From positions 16,030-72,756 of the forward strand of contig CAZKCU010000003.1 of NCBI GenBank assembly GCA_964551595.1: a stretch of DNA of 56,727 nucleotides. The letters run 5' to 3'. Origin of the DNA: an uncultured Candidatus Saccharibacteria bacterium (GTDB lineage Bacteria; Patescibacteriota; Minisyncoccia; Minisyncoccales; CAZKCU01). Below, piece after piece: positions 25,910-36,116 of this stretch. Position numbers and translations under genes: made by a program. The notes beneath the pieces were generated by a model. It worked only from the letters and a program-made list of their open reading frames with translations. It was not told the DNA's origin and did not search any database. The first letter of the stretch is position 1; each line of letters opens with the position of its first letter.

Positions 25910-26056
25910 TCAGGCAACATTTTTTCCCTCCTTTTTATTCTTTTTCTTATCTTTTGCTGGAGAGTAATATCTACCCATTTGCCTTTCATACTGCCGTGTT
26001 ATTGACCAGGTTAAAGCTCCTAAAGCCATAACACCTATTAAAACAAACCAGATCAT
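25910..26056 (-). CDS. Small single-TM protein (48 aa), not in the ORF track
   Basis: MIWFVLIGVLWLLGALTWSITRQYERQMGRYY...; AGGAG RBS; TTGACG...TAAAAT promoter near 26200. Confidence 0.55.
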   Translation of the reverse strand: MIWFVLIGVMALGALTWSITRQYERQMGRYYSPAKDKKKNKKEGKNVA

Positions 26057-26233
26057 TTTCTTGTCTCTCCTTTCTTGAATAAATTTAAATATACAATAAT
26101 AATAGATAACTTAAATAATATCAGTAAAGCCCAATTATTCCATTGTTAAAGAAACTATTCAATATAATATATTTTACCATAAATTAGCAGATTTCGTCAA
26201 GACTCGTTGACGGATTTCATAAAAAGAAATTTT

Positions 26234-26797
26234 TTACTCGATTCTTCTTACATACTGGCCGGTTTGGGTATTTACCTCAACAATATCTCCCTCTTTAATG
26301 AATAGGGGGACGCTTATTGTGGCTCTGGTTCCCAAAGTAACTTGTTTAGTTCCGGCTTCTGCTCGGCCGGCCCTGATTCCTGGTGGGGCTTCAACAACTT
26401 TTAAATGAACCTTAACTGGTAAAGAAATATTAACAATTTTCCCTTTATAAGCCAGGACTTCAATAGTCTGCTCTGGCTTTAGAAATTGGGACTGAGGGCC
26501 AATTTGACTTTGACTCAAATTAAATCTCTTAGCTGGCTGGTCAACTTCTGAAAAAAAATATTGACTGCGATGAGCATACAAAAACTTTGCCTGAAGTTTC
26601 TTTAATTCTGCCTCTTCAAAAATATCTGAGGGGTGAAAAGTCTGGGAAATTACATTCCCGGTAATCAAATTTTTAATTTTTGCTTGCAAAACAGAATGAC
26701 CTCTTCCTTTAAAAAGAGGCCGAGCTTCCAAAATTTCGTGGGGTTCTTTATTTAAAATAATCCTTAATCCTTTTTTGAGTTCGCTGTAAGAAATCAT
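26234..26797 (-). CDS. efp: Translation elongation factor P
   Basis: KGRG loop, VVEAPPGIRAG, ISVPLFIKEGDIVEVNTQTGQYV. Confidence 0.95.
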   Translation of the reverse strand: MISYSELKKGLRIILNKEPHEILEARPLFKGRGHSVLQAKIKNLITGNVISQTFHPSDIFEEAELKKLQAKFLYAHRSQYFFSEVDQPAKRFNLSQSQIGPQSQFLKPEQTIEVLAYKGKIVNISLPVKVHLKVVEAPPGIRAGRAEAGTKQVTLGTRATISVPLFIKEGDIVEVNTQTGQYVRRIE

Positions 26798-26803
26798 TAT
26801 GAG

Positions 26804-27775
26804 TTATTTGAGCACTAAACCGATGAGTTTTAAGTGGCCCCTTAAAAATTCTTCAGAACTCATTGGTTTTTTCCCCTCAAGTTGAAGTTTTTCAATTACA
26901 AGAAAATCTTTTCCAGCCTGAACGGCAATTTTATCATCGGGAGCTAAATAAGTCTTCCCAGGAACACCAAAGGGACCATTTTTTGTTTGCTTTAAAACAT
27001 CAGCTTTTAATATCTTTAATTTTTGAGACTTTTGATTTGAAATTTCTAACTCAGAGAAACTTCCTGGCCAGGGTTGAAAAGCCCTAATTTGCCGCTCAAT
27101 ACATTCTGCTGGTTTTTTCCAATCAATTTTCCCATCTTGTTTCTTAAGAATTTTTATATAAGTTGACCTTGAGTCATCTTGGGGTTTTGGCTCAATTTCA
27201 CCATTTACCCATTTTGGAATAGTTTCTAGAAGGAGTTTAGCTCCTAACTCTGCTAATTTTTGAGAAAGTTCTGGATAAGTAATTTTCTCATTGGAAATTG
27301 GAAATTGGAAATTGGAAATTACCTTGCCCTGGTCCAGTTTCTCTGTCATTAGAATTATTGTTACACCGGTTTCTTTTTCACCATTTAAAATAGTGTATTG
27401 GATTGGAGAGCTACCGCGATATTTTGGTAATAATGAAGGATGAACATTAAGAGAACCATACTGAGGAATATCTAATATATCATTAGATATTATTTGACCA
27501 TAAGCTGCTGCTATAATTAAATCGGGATTTAATTTTTTAATTTTCAATTTATAATTTTCGATTTTATCGGGCTGACAAACTTCAATATTATATTTTTTAG
27601 CTGAAATTTTGACTGGTGGGAGAGTGATGATTTGTTTACGGCCAACCGGTTTGTCAGGCGCAGTTACAACTAAAACTGGCTTAAAATTTGCCTTAATAAG
27701 CTCTTCCAAAATAATTACTCCAAATTCTGGAGTACCCAGAAAGATAATTTTCAATTTACAATTTTCAGTTTTCAT
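26804..27775 (-). CDS. fmt: Methionyl-tRNA formyltransferase
   Basis: IIFLGTPEFG, PDKPVGR, AAYGQII, NVHPSLLPKYRG, IRAFQPWP; ATG 27775 preferred. Confidence 0.96.
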   Translation of the reverse strand: MKTENCKLKIIFLGTPEFGVIILEELIKANFKPVLVVTAPDKPVGRKQIITLPPVKISAKKYNIEVCQPDKIENYKLKIKKLNPDLIIAAAYGQIISNDILDIPQYGSLNVHPSLLPKYRGSSPIQYTILNGEKETGVTIILMTEKLDQGKVISNFQFPISNEKITYPELSQKLAELGAKLLLETIPKWVNGEIEPKPQDDSRSTYIKILKKQDGKIDWKKPAECIERQIRAFQPWPGSFSELEISNQKSQKLKILKADVLKQTKNGPFGVPGKTYLAPDDKIAVQAGKDFLVIEKLQLEGKKPMSSEEFLRGHLKLIGLVLK

Positions 27776-27804
27776 TAAAATTTTCAATTTTATAATTTTC
27801 AAAC

Positions 27805-28470
27805 TTACTTTATCACTCGCCATTCTATTTCTTCTTTTTTTCCTGCAAATTCTAGCCAATCGCCTTCCGGGCTAATTACATACCATTTTCTCTTAGTTTC
27901 TGACCAAACCATTGGATTGTTTTGATAGTAAGGTTTCTTAACAATTTCTTTTGGTTTTAATCTATCTAATTCTAACCATTTTTTAAAAACGGTCTCAATA
28001 GCATAATCTAAGTTCCTTGATTTTGCCCATTCAGCCACTTTATCTATTGCTTTTTTGGCTTTTTTTATTGAACCAGCTAGCTCGAGCAGCTGTTTTGCCG
28101 GCCTGGTAAATCTCGAATAAATTATTTTTCTTTTTTTAGCGTTTCTTTTTAATTCATATAGGCTCAACCCTTTAGTTTTAAAATAATAAGTAATAATTTG
28201 ACGGATCGCTGTTTCTTTTTTTAGCTCTTCGTAATACTTAATTTTTCCTTTTTTTAGATACTTTTCAATTTTCTTAGCAATGCTTTTGCCTATTCCTGGA
28301 ATTTTTTCAATTCCCTTAATGCCTTCTTCTCTATAAATTAAAGAAATATCCTTTTTTAAACTTTCCAAAGCTCCAGCTGCCCTTCGGTAAGCTCTGGGCT
28401 TAAAAGCCACCCCTTTTATTTCCAAAAGTTCGGCTATTTTATAAAATATCTTTGCAATTTTTTTCTTCAT
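27805..28470 (-). CDS. Fusion of a PolX/Pol-beta N-terminal HhH domain to an uncharacterised C-terminal domain
   Basis: IAELLEIKG...RAYRRAA...IPGIGKSIAKKI...ELK; no polymerase palm follows. Confidence 0.75.
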   Translation of the reverse strand: MKKKIAKIFYKIAELLEIKGVAFKPRAYRRAAGALESLKKDISLIYREEGIKGIEKIPGIGKSIAKKIEKYLKKGKIKYYEELKKETAIRQIITYYFKTKGLSLYELKRNAKKRKIIYSRFTRPAKQLLELAGSIKKAKKAIDKVAEWAKSRNLDYAIETVFKKWLELDRLKPKEIVKKPYYQNNPMVWSETKRKWYVISPEGDWLEFAGKKEEIEWRVIK

Positions 28471-28471
28471 T

Positions 28472-29035
28472 TTATTGATATTTCTTTACAGTAAACCTAT
28501 AAATTATAATTTTTTCTTTTTTAGGGTCTATTCTTCCTTTCTGGCAGGCAATAGAAATTTGTTTTTCAATTGTATCTATTCCTTCTAAATCCGGCAGCAA
28601 GAGAGCGGATTTTTCTACAGCGTGACCGTTAAAAACCACGTCTGTCCTATTGGGTGAGAGAATGGGGGTTGTTTTGACAATAATACCATATTTTTTAGAG
28701 TCTAACTCGTTTATATTTTTTACTAACTCTGGCTCGCTCAGAATATAAACAGTATAGGAAAGATAGGGGAGCTCAGTTTTTTGAATTGGCCCGAAACGGT
28801 AATCCTCGGTGACAGTGGCAATAGCATTATGAATTATTTCTTCAGCAATATTCTCTTTTGTCGGCAGGTAAGTCCCAATACACCCCCGCAATTGGCCATT
28901 TTTCTCAATAGTAACAAAAGTGCCGGCTTTTCGGTCTTGTATCTCTTTTACTAAATCATTTGGTACCTCAATAATTTCTCCTTTTTCAACATAACTTTCC
29001 ACCGTTTGTTTAGCAAGTGAAGCTAAAAGGTTCAT
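28472..29035 (-). CDS. amrA: AmmeMemoRadiSam system protein A (AMMECR1 family)
   Basis: GTFVTI...LRGCIG, DYRF, YGIIV, LLLPDLEG. Confidence 0.92.
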   Translation of the reverse strand: MNLLASLAKQTVESYVEKGEIIEVPNDLVKEIQDRKAGTFVTIEKNGQLRGCIGTYLPTKENIAEEIIHNAIATVTEDYRFGPIQKTELPYLSYTVYILSEPELVKNINELDSKKYGIIVKTTPILSPNRTDVVFNGHAVEKSALLLPDLEGIDTIEKQISIACQKGRIDPKKEKIIIYRFTVKKYQ

Positions 29036-29041
29036 AGGCTA

Positions 29042-29350
29042 TTATCTTTTTAATATTTGTTTAATTCTTTTTACTTCGGCTTCTACGACCTTGCCTTCAT
29101 ACTCCCCAGCGTGGGCTGGAGCCCCTTTATAAATGGGCTTTTTCTGATCAAGGTGCAAGTTAATAAATATCTCTCCGGTCTTTTTATTTTCTTTGAGGTA
29201 AATATGGAATCGGGGATAGTTGTTTGGACCAAGAGAGCGGGTGAAAGTTAATTCCTCTTTTTCCTTGTTTATTCCTTGGAAATGATAACCAATCTCCCTC
29301 ATTAAATTTATAACATTCTCCCCAGATTTATTTTTTACAACAAATTTCAT
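29042..29350 (-). CDS. Conserved-looking hypothetical protein within the AmmeMemoRadiSam cluster
   Basis: YPRFHIY...NLHLDQKKP.Y.G..AH.GEY pattern; overlaps its neighbours. Confidence 0.7.
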   Translation of the reverse strand: MKFVVKNKSGENVINLMREIGYHFQGINKEKEELTFTRSLGPNNYPRFHIYLKENKKTGEIFINLHLDQKKPIYKGAPAHAGEYEGKVVEAEVKRIKQILKR

Positions 29351-29982
29351 TTTAAATTGAAACTAGCTACTAAATATCCGACTCCAAAAGGGCCTTCGTA
29401 AGATAAAATTTCTGGTTGCCAATTTGCACCCGAAGCCTCTAAAATTCCCAAAAGAAAACAAAATGACCTCAAACCACATTCGCCAGCTTCAGGATACATT
29501 TCGTCTAATTTTAGAATACTTTCTACGTCTTTATTTTTTAAAAATTCTATCAAGGCCTTATCAAATTTTGGACCATCAGGATGGAAACCATAAGGACCCT
29601 CTTCTTTTAGACAATGAGAAAGGTCTCCCGACGCGATAACGGCGATTTTGGGTTTTAGATTTGATTTGTCATTTGGATTTTGGATTTTAGATTTGTAGAC
29701 CTTTTTACCTTCTTCGAAATAAAATTGCGGTGATTCTAAACCAATTAAACTTTCTTTAATTTCGCCCTTAAACTCTTTTGCTAAAAAGTACAAAGGGACA
29801 TTAAACCCCCAGTCCGGATGAGGAGAGGAAATAATAATTGTATCTGGTTTCTTTTTCTTTAATCTTTTCCCCAATTTTTCCAAGGACTCAATTATATCTT
29901 TAACTTGAGCTCGATCTTCGAGTGAACCAACTGTTGGCAAAATTATTGGTGGATGAGGAGAAATTACGGCAAAAATTAACAT
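29347..29982 (-). CDS. amrB: AmmeMemoRadiSam protein B / MEMO-LigB-like protein (short)
   Basis: SPHPP, IISSPH, IASGDLSH, GECG, YEGPFGVGYLVA. Confidence 0.75.
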   Translation of the reverse strand: MLIFAVISPHPPIILPTVGSLEDRAQVKDIIESLEKLGKRLKKKKPDTIIISSPHPDWGFNVPLYFLAKEFKGEIKESLIGLESPQFYFEEGKKVYKSKIQNPNDKSNLKPKIAVIASGDLSHCLKEEGPYGFHPDGPKFDKALIEFLKNKDVESILKLDEMYPEAGECGLRSFCFLLGILEASGANWQPEILSYEGPFGVGYLVASFNLK

Positions 29983-29986
29983 AATT

Positions 29987-30889
29987 TTATTCTGTGTTTA
30001 GTCCTGGAATATTTCCAATATGGACATATTTCAAACCAACTTTTTTACCTATTCGATATGCTTTTTTAAGGGTTTCAACTGACGTATTGGAGAGATGTTG
30101 AAGCTTCCAGGAAATTGCTCCACAAAATTGACTAATATGCCATGGGGTTTCGGGCCCCAACTCTTCTTTTATAAACTTGGCGATTTTTTTAAAGTTTTCT
30201 TCGGAATCATTTAAGGTTGGGATAACTAAAGTTGTTATTTCCAACCAAATTTTTTTCTGCTTTATTCTTTTCAAGGTATCTAAAACAGGTTGGAGCCGGC
30301 CGCCACAATATTTAATATAAAATTCATTAGTAAAACCTTTTAAATCAATATTGGCTGCATCCAAATAAGGAGAAATTAAATCGAAAAGTTCTTTTGACCA
30401 AAACCCGTTGCTCACCCAGTTATTTTTTAAACCTGCTTTTTTGGCTAATTTCATGGTATCTAAAGCATATTCGGAAAAGACTCCAGGCTCAGTATAGGTA
30501 TAAGAAATACTGGGTAATTTGTTTTTTAAGGCTATTTGGACAAGTTTTTTTGGAGAAATGTCTTCTCCTTCAATCCTTCCGGTTAATTGAGGCATCTGGG
30601 AAATATCATAGTTCTGGCAGGTCATGCATTTGAAATTACAGCCAACAGTAGCAACTGATAAAGAATAAGTTCCCGGTAAAAAATGGAAAAATGGTTTCTT
30701 TTCAATTGGGTCAATATTTAAAGCAATAGCTTTACCATAAACCAAAGAGTAAAGTTTTCCATTATGATTTTCTCGAACTCCGCAAATCCCTCTTTTAGCA
30801 TTTTCAATAATACAATAATGAGCACAATTTCGGCATTGGACTCTTTTATTAAAGAGTTTTTTATATAAATAAGCTTCTTTCATATTCAA
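29987..30889 (-). CDS. amrS: AmmeMemoRadiSam system radical SAM enzyme
   Basis: VQCRNCAHYC...GICGVR, DPIEKKP, GCNFKCMTCQNYDISQ (CxxxCxxC), YTYTEP, NIDLKGF. Confidence 0.93.
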   Translation of the reverse strand: MNMKEAYLYKKLFNKRVQCRNCAHYCIIENAKRGICGVRENHNGKLYSLVYGKAIALNIDPIEKKPFFHFLPGTYSLSVATVGCNFKCMTCQNYDISQMPQLTGRIEGEDISPKKLVQIALKNKLPSISYTYTEPGVFSEYALDTMKLAKKAGLKNNWVSNGFWSKELFDLISPYLDAANIDLKGFTNEFYIKYCGGRLQPVLDTLKRIKQKKIWLEITTLVIPTLNDSEENFKKIAKFIKEELGPETPWHISQFCGAISWKLQHLSNTSVETLKKAYRIGKKVGLKYVHIGNIPGLNTE

Positions 30890-30979
30890 TTTATTTTATC
30901 ATTTATCGTTATTTTTTAAAAGAAAAAGGCTCAGGTTCCAAAGAATCTGAGCCTTTTATTAGCGATAAGATAATTAATT

Positions 30980-31321
30980 CTAATCTTCAAGCTTTTTTAC
31001 GGTAACTACCCAGGGACTAGAAGTAAACTTACCGGTAGAAATATCATTCCCCACATATCGTTTTTGTCCATCTCCTATTTTAAGCATAGAGAATTGAAAA
31101 GAGATATTCTTTTCTTTTCTTTTAATAATACATTGGAGATGGTCAGAATAGTCGGATCGTACATTGATTTCTAGGCTATTGCCTCCTTCTCCAAAAAGAA
31201 GAAAGGGCTTGAGCATTCCATCACTCTTTATCTCGATGGCTTTAGTAAATAGCATCCCTATGATTCCAGCAAATAATACAGTTCTTATTTCTTTATCTCT
31301 AACATAAACTCCTACTTTCAT
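30980..31321 (-). CDS. Hypothetical protein
   Basis: Own TTGACA promoter near 31386, AGGAGG RBS, terminator at about 30926-30954. Confidence 0.65.
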   Translation of the reverse strand: MKVGVYVRDKEIRTVLFAGIIGMLFTKAIEIKSDGMLKPFLLFGEGGNSLEINVRSDYSDHLQCIIKRKEKNISFQFSMLKIGDGQKRYVGNDISTGKFTSSPWVVTVKKLED

Positions 31322-31414
31322 TCTCCCTCCTTATGAAATTATTTAATAACCGATTCCAGTTTATATCACCAAGAAATCTTTGTCAAACAAAAAAATTATG
31401 TTAAAATATTCTTA

Positions 31415-31984
31415 ATGAGGCATCGGATTTTTATTGCCATAAATCTGCCGGAAGAAATAAAAAGGAGACTTTCAGAATATGAGGGAAAATGGCCAGAGCT
31501 TCCTATAAGATGGACAAAAGAAGAAAATCTCCATATTACTTTAATTTTTCTTGGTTATCTTTCAGATGAAGAACTTTTGGAAATCTGTAAAATTACCAAA
31601 GAGGTAGCCTCAAGAAATCAATCTTTTTCAATAAATTTAAATAAAATTTGTTATGGCCCTCCTAAAAAGATACCACCTCGAATGATTTGGGTTAACGGAG
31701 AAAAATCTCGAGAATTCACTACTTTAAAAGATGATATAGAAAAATCTTTAGGTACTTCAGAAAGGGTAAGTTTTTCTCCGGAAAAGCGAGTTTTCTCACC
31801 TCATATCACTCTGGGAAGAATTAGAGCCTGGGAATTTCGGCAAATTGAACCTGAAGAAAGGCCGGAAGTTGATGAAGATATCGGTTTAAGTTTTGAAGTA
31901 AATTCAATTGAAGTTATGGAAAGCCAACTAAAAAGAGGAGGACCTAATTACACGGTGCTAGAATCAGTACCCTTAAAATCCTAA
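31415..31984 (+). CDS. thpR: RNA 2',3'-cyclic phosphodiesterase
   Basis: RIFIAI, NLHITLIFLG and PHITLGR (two HxT motifs). Confidence 0.92.
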   Translation: MRHRIFIAINLPEEIKRRLSEYEGKWPELPIRWTKEENLHITLIFLGYLSDEELLEICKITKEVASRNQSFSINLNKICYGPPKKIPPRMIWVNGEKSREFTTLKDDIEKSLGTSERVSFSPEKRVFSPHITLGRIRAWEFRQIEPEERPEVDEDIGLSFEVNSIEVMESQLKRGGPNYTVLESVPLKS

Positions 31985-31996
31985 TTTCTAAACAAA

Positions 31997-33307
31997 ATGA
32001 AGATACATTTTATTGGCATTGGGGGAATTGGTGTTTCCGCCCTTGCCAAATATTACCTAGAAAAGGGGCACAAAATTAGTGGTTCTGATTTAATTTCTTC
32101 TGAAATTACTGAAGCCCTTAAAAAATTAGGAGCCAAAATTTATATTGGCAAACATAAAGCCAAAAACTTACCAGAAGACACTGATTTGGTAATTCATAGT
32201 CTGGCAGTACAACCAAACAACCCCGAACTTATTAGTGGACATCGGATGTCTACCATATTGAGTTATCCTCAGGCATTGGGAGAACTGACAAAACAATACT
32301 TTACTATCGCTGTTTCTGGAACTCATGGGAAAAGCACAACGACAGCGATGATTGGTTTAATTTTAGTTAAAGCCGGATTAGACCCTACGGTAATTGTTGG
32401 AACAAAACTTAAGGAATTCGGGAATTCCAATTGCAGAGTAGGGAAGGGTAAACATTTAGTGATTGAGGCTGATGAGTGGCAAGCCTCTTTTTTAAATTAC
32501 TGGCCCAAGCTAATTGTTTTAACAAATATTGAAAAAGAACATCTGGATTACTACAAAGACTTGAGGCATATTCTCAGGACTTATCGAGAATTTGTTAGCC
32601 ATTTGCCAAGAGATGGGATTTTAGTAACAAATAGAGAGGACAAGAATATCCGAAAAATAATTTTCAATCAATTCTCAATTTTCAATTTTCAAAAAGATAA
32701 ATCTAAAAACAAACAAAAACTTAAAAAACTACTCAAAGTTCCCGGGGAACATAATGTTCTGAATGGGTTAGCGGCTTTGACAACAGTTCGAGCTTTAAAA
32801 ATTCCTGATAAAATCTCCCTCAAGGCCCTTTCAGAATATAAGGGTTGCTGGCGTCGCTTTGAAGAAAAAACTATTAAGCTAAAAGCTAAAGGCTGTAAGC
32901 TGATAAGCGATTATGCTCATCATCCGACAGAGATAAAAGCGACATTAAAAGTAATCCGAGAAAAATTTTCGGGAAAAGAAATCTGGTGTATTTTTCAACC
33001 CCATCAATATCAAAGAACATTTTATTTATTCGACGATTTTGTAAAAGTTTTTAAAGAAGCTTCAATTGATAGATTAATTATTACCGATATTTACGACGTT
33101 GCTGGCAGAGAAAACAAAAAAATAAAGAAAAAAATAAGCGCAAGAAAATTAATTAAAGCAATTAACAAACCTCAAGCAATTTATATTTCCACAATTAAAA
33201 AAGCAGCTGATTATCTAAAGAAAAATCTTCAGGGTAGGGAAGTGGTAATAATTATGGGCGCAGGAGATATTTATAAATTGGGTGAACAATTGAACAATTT
33301 TAAATAG
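31997..33307 (+). CDS. murC: UDP-N-acetylmuramate--L-alanine ligase
   Basis: IHFIGIGGIGVSALA, SGTHGKSTTT, EADE, DYAHHPTEI, FQPHQY, MGAGDI. Confidence 0.96.
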   Translation: MKIHFIGIGGIGVSALAKYYLEKGHKISGSDLISSEITEALKKLGAKIYIGKHKAKNLPEDTDLVIHSLAVQPNNPELISGHRMSTILSYPQALGELTKQYFTIAVSGTHGKSTTTAMIGLILVKAGLDPTVIVGTKLKEFGNSNCRVGKGKHLVIEADEWQASFLNYWPKLIVLTNIEKEHLDYYKDLRHILRTYREFVSHLPRDGILVTNREDKNIRKIIFNQFSIFNFQKDKSKNKQKLKKLLKVPGEHNVLNGLAALTTVRALKIPDKISLKALSEYKGCWRRFEEKTIKLKAKGCKLISDYAHHPTEIKATLKVIREKFSGKEIWCIFQPHQYQRTFYLFDDFVKVFKEASIDRLIITDIYDVAGRENKKIKKKISARKLIKAINKPQAIYISTIKKAADYLKKNLQGREVVIIMGAGDIYKLGEQLNNFK

Positions 33308-33397
33308 CTCTTATCTATCCACTTGACAAAGGAAAGATAAAAAGACAAAATAAAATAAGAAGTTTTCTTCTTTAAAAGGTCGCAACAATTAAGACCA

Positions 33398-33490
33398 AAT
33401 AGCCAATTCCCAATAACCAATAAAAATAGTAGTTAGAGTTTAGAGAATTGGGATTCAATTAAAAATTGGTGCTTGGGATTGGGATTTTTA
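33398..33490. repeat. Inverted heptamer-like arrays (ccaat-type / attgg-type) forming an intergenic hairpin
   Basis: aatagccaattcccaataaccaata ... gaattgggatt...aattggtgcttgggattgggatt. Confidence 0.6.
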
Positions 33491-33496
33491 ACTATT

Positions 33497-33616
33497 ATGA
33501 CTCTTTTTTGGATAATCGTAGCTATTGTGGTGGTAGGATTAATAATCTGGTTTTTAAAAGGAAAAAAGAAAAAAGGATCAGGGATTTCACCACCATCGGG
33601 AGGCCCGACAGTTTAA
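33497..33616 (+). CDS. Small single-TM protein (39 aa), not in the ORF track
   Basis: MTLFWIIVAIVVVGLIIWFLKGKKKKGSGISPPSGGPTV; positive-inside topology; upstream TTGACA promoter. Confidence 0.65.
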   Translation: MTLFWIIVAIVVVGLIIWFLKGKKKKGSGISPPSGGPTV

Positions 33617-33743
33617 ATTCTCAATTCAGAAAGAAAAATTAAAATAAAAAGCAGGGGCTGTTTTAATGGTCCCTGCTTTATTTTTGTAACCAATTGATTC
33701 CGGGCGTCTTTTCAAGTAATAAAAAATTTACTATAATTAATTT

Positions 33744-35141
33744 ATGGAAAGAATTTTAAATAAGCAAACGCCTAATTATCTCGGGAAACCAGTCAAGGTC
33801 TGCGGTTGGGTAAAAACTATAAGGTCTCATGGTAAGATTATTTTTATTGATCTTCGGGATAGAAGCGGGATTTTGCAATTAGTTTTTACCCCAAGGACTC
33901 CTTCTTTATATGCAAGGGCTCAACAATTGAGACCAGAGTGGGTAATTGCCGCTGAAGGTAAAATCAAAGAAAGACCAAAAGAAATGATAAATCCTAAATT
34001 GGAAACTGGCAAAATAGAACTTCAGCCAGGAAAATTAGAAATTTTTTCTCAGGCAAAAACTCTGCCTTTTTCTATTGATACTTCAGGCTATGAAATAACA
34101 GAAGAAAAGAGGCTAAAATACAGGTATCTTGATTTGAGAAGAGAGAGAATGAGAAAAAATTTACAATGGCGCCAGAAAGTTATTCAGTTTATGAGAGATT
34201 TTCTCCAGAAAGAAGGATTTATAGAAGTGGAAACGCCAATTTTAACCAAATCAACGCCAGAGGGGGCCAGGGATTTCTTGGTTCCATCAAGATTGCAACC
34301 TGGTAAATTTTACGCTCTTCCCCAATCGCCCCAGCAATATAAACAATTATTAATGGTTGCTGGAATAGAAAAATACTTTCAAATAGCCAGATGTTTAAGA
34401 GACGAGGACCCGAGGGCAGATAGACAAGCAGAGCATACCCAATTAGATATTGAAATGGCATTTACTTCCCAAGAAGAGATTTTAGATTTAGTCGAGAGAT
34501 TATATATAGTTTTAGCTAAGAAATTATTTCCCGAAAAGAAAATTACAAAAATTCCTTTCCCCAAAATAAATTATAAAGAGGCAATTAAAAAATACAGCTC
34601 TGATAAACCCGATCTACGAAAAAATAAAAAAAATCCAGATGAACTTGCCTTTTGCTTTATTGTTGATTTCCCAATGTTTGAATGGCATAAAAAGGAAAAA
34701 AGATGGGGAGCAGTGCATCATCCTTTTACCAAACCCCAAACCGAGAATATCTCTGAGATTAAAAAGCATCCAGAAAGAATTTTGGCTTACCAATATGACT
34801 TTGTTTTAAACGGCTCTGAAATTGCCGGCGGCAGTCTAAGAACCACTAATTTAGACGTATTAACCGCCGTCTTTGAGGTTTTGGGTCATAAAAAACAGGA
34901 GATTAGAAAACTGTTTAGTAATTATTTTGAAGCATTTAGTTATGGAGTTCCGCCTCATGGCGGGATTGCTCCAGGTATTGATAGATTTTTGGCAGTTCTC
35001 TTAGCAGAACCCAATATTCGAGAAGTAATGGCTTTCCCTAAAACCGGAGACAATCGAGACCTAATGATGGACCTACCATCGGAGGTTTCTAAAGAACAGT
35101 TAAAGGAATTGTATATTAAAATTGAGAAAAAGAAAAAATGA
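33744..35141 (+). CDS. aspS: Aspartate--tRNA ligase, short form without the GAD domain
   Basis: RSHGKIIFIDLRD, STPEGARDFLVP, LPQSPQQYKQ, RDEDPRADRQAEHTQLD, PPHGGIAPG. Confidence 0.96.
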   Translation: MERILNKQTPNYLGKPVKVCGWVKTIRSHGKIIFIDLRDRSGILQLVFTPRTPSLYARAQQLRPEWVIAAEGKIKERPKEMINPKLETGKIELQPGKLEIFSQAKTLPFSIDTSGYEITEEKRLKYRYLDLRRERMRKNLQWRQKVIQFMRDFLQKEGFIEVETPILTKSTPEGARDFLVPSRLQPGKFYALPQSPQQYKQLLMVAGIEKYFQIARCLRDEDPRADRQAEHTQLDIEMAFTSQEEILDLVERLYIVLAKKLFPEKKITKIPFPKINYKEAIKKYSSDKPDLRKNKKNPDELAFCFIVDFPMFEWHKKEKRWGAVHHPFTKPQTENISEIKKHPERILAYQYDFVLNGSEIAGGSLRTTNLDVLTAVFEVLGHKKQEIRKLFSNYFEAFSYGVPPHGGIAPGIDRFLAVLLAEPNIREVMAFPKTGDNRDLMMDLPSEVSKEQLKELYIKIEKKKK

Positions 35142-36103
35142 GCAGGAATTTTAAATTTTTTTTAGTAACTCTTGTTTTAAGTTTGCCTTTTTGGTGGGGG
35201 ATAAATGTTTTGGAAGAAAGATTGGAAAATTTTTTTTATTGGCAAGAATTAAGTCAAAATGCTCAAATTTTCACTGCTCAAATAGGCCTTGAAGAGAGAT
35301 TAAACGAATTAAAACCTATTCGTCATGGAAATGTGAAAGATTTAGAGTTAAAAGCGACATCAGCAATTTCAGTTTTCTTAGATAATAAGGGTAAAGAAAA
35401 AATTCTTTTTGAAAAAGAAAGTGGCAAAATTTTACCGATTGCAAGCTTAACTAAACTGATGACAGCAAATGTTGTTTTAGAAAACTACGGCCTTTCAAAA
35501 GAAATTAAAATTTCTGAAAAAGCAGTGGAACAACCAGAAGATCTCGGAAAATTAGCGGCTGAAAGAATTTTCCCGGTAAAATATCTTCTTTATCCATTAC
35601 TAATGGAATCAAGTAACGATGCGGCTTTTTCCCTGGCTAATGATTATGATGGCATGACAATAGAAAAATTCGTTGCATTGATGAATTCCACGGCTCAAAA
35701 GTTAAATCTTAACGATACTTTTTTTGTAAATCCTAGCGGCCTCGACCCGGAAGAAAATAAACCTAAAACTAAGATAAATTATTCAACTACAAGCAACTTA
35801 GCAAAACTCACTAAAGAATTATTAAAAAAACCCTTAATTTGGGAAATTCTCTCTACTCCAAAATATGACTCCTATGGTCCAAAGCTTATAAATACTAATG
35901 AACTTTTAGGAGAAATTCCGGGAATAGTTGGAGGAAAAACCGGCTATACCTATGCGGCCGGGGGCTGCATAATTTTGGTGACAATCGCCCCAAAAGATGC
36001 AGGTTTCTTAGTAAATATAATTTTAGGAGCAGATGGACAAAACGGCAGATTTGGCGAAATGGAAAAATTAGTAAATTGGTTAAATACGGCTTATAAATGG
36101 TAA
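35138..36103 (+). CDS. D-alanyl-D-alanine carboxypeptidase (peptidase S11)
   Basis: PIASLTKLMTA (SxxK), SSNDAA (SxN), GGKTGYT. Confidence 0.92.
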   Translation: MSRNFKFFLVTLVLSLPFWWGINVLEERLENFFYWQELSQNAQIFTAQIGLEERLNELKPIRHGNVKDLELKATSAISVFLDNKGKEKILFEKESGKILPIASLTKLMTANVVLENYGLSKEIKISEKAVEQPEDLGKLAAERIFPVKYLLYPLLMESSNDAAFSLANDYDGMTIEKFVALMNSTAQKLNLNDTFFVNPSGLDPEENKPKTKINYSTTSNLAKLTKELLKKPLIWEILSTPKYDSYGPKLINTNELLGEIPGIVGGKTGYTYAAGGCIILVTIAPKDAGFLVNIILGADGQNGRFGEMEKLVNWLNTAYKW

Positions 36104-36116
36104 TCCACAAGCTATT

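Noticed and set aside
19530-26200. Prophage or intact integrative element at tRNA-Gln
   Set aside because: No integrase, structural, terminase or replication genes and no duplicated tRNA 3' end were seen; only remnants are present.
33377-33390. GTCGCA half-site after the promoter at 33324
   Set aside because: A single imperfect arm with no partner at 6-bp spacing.
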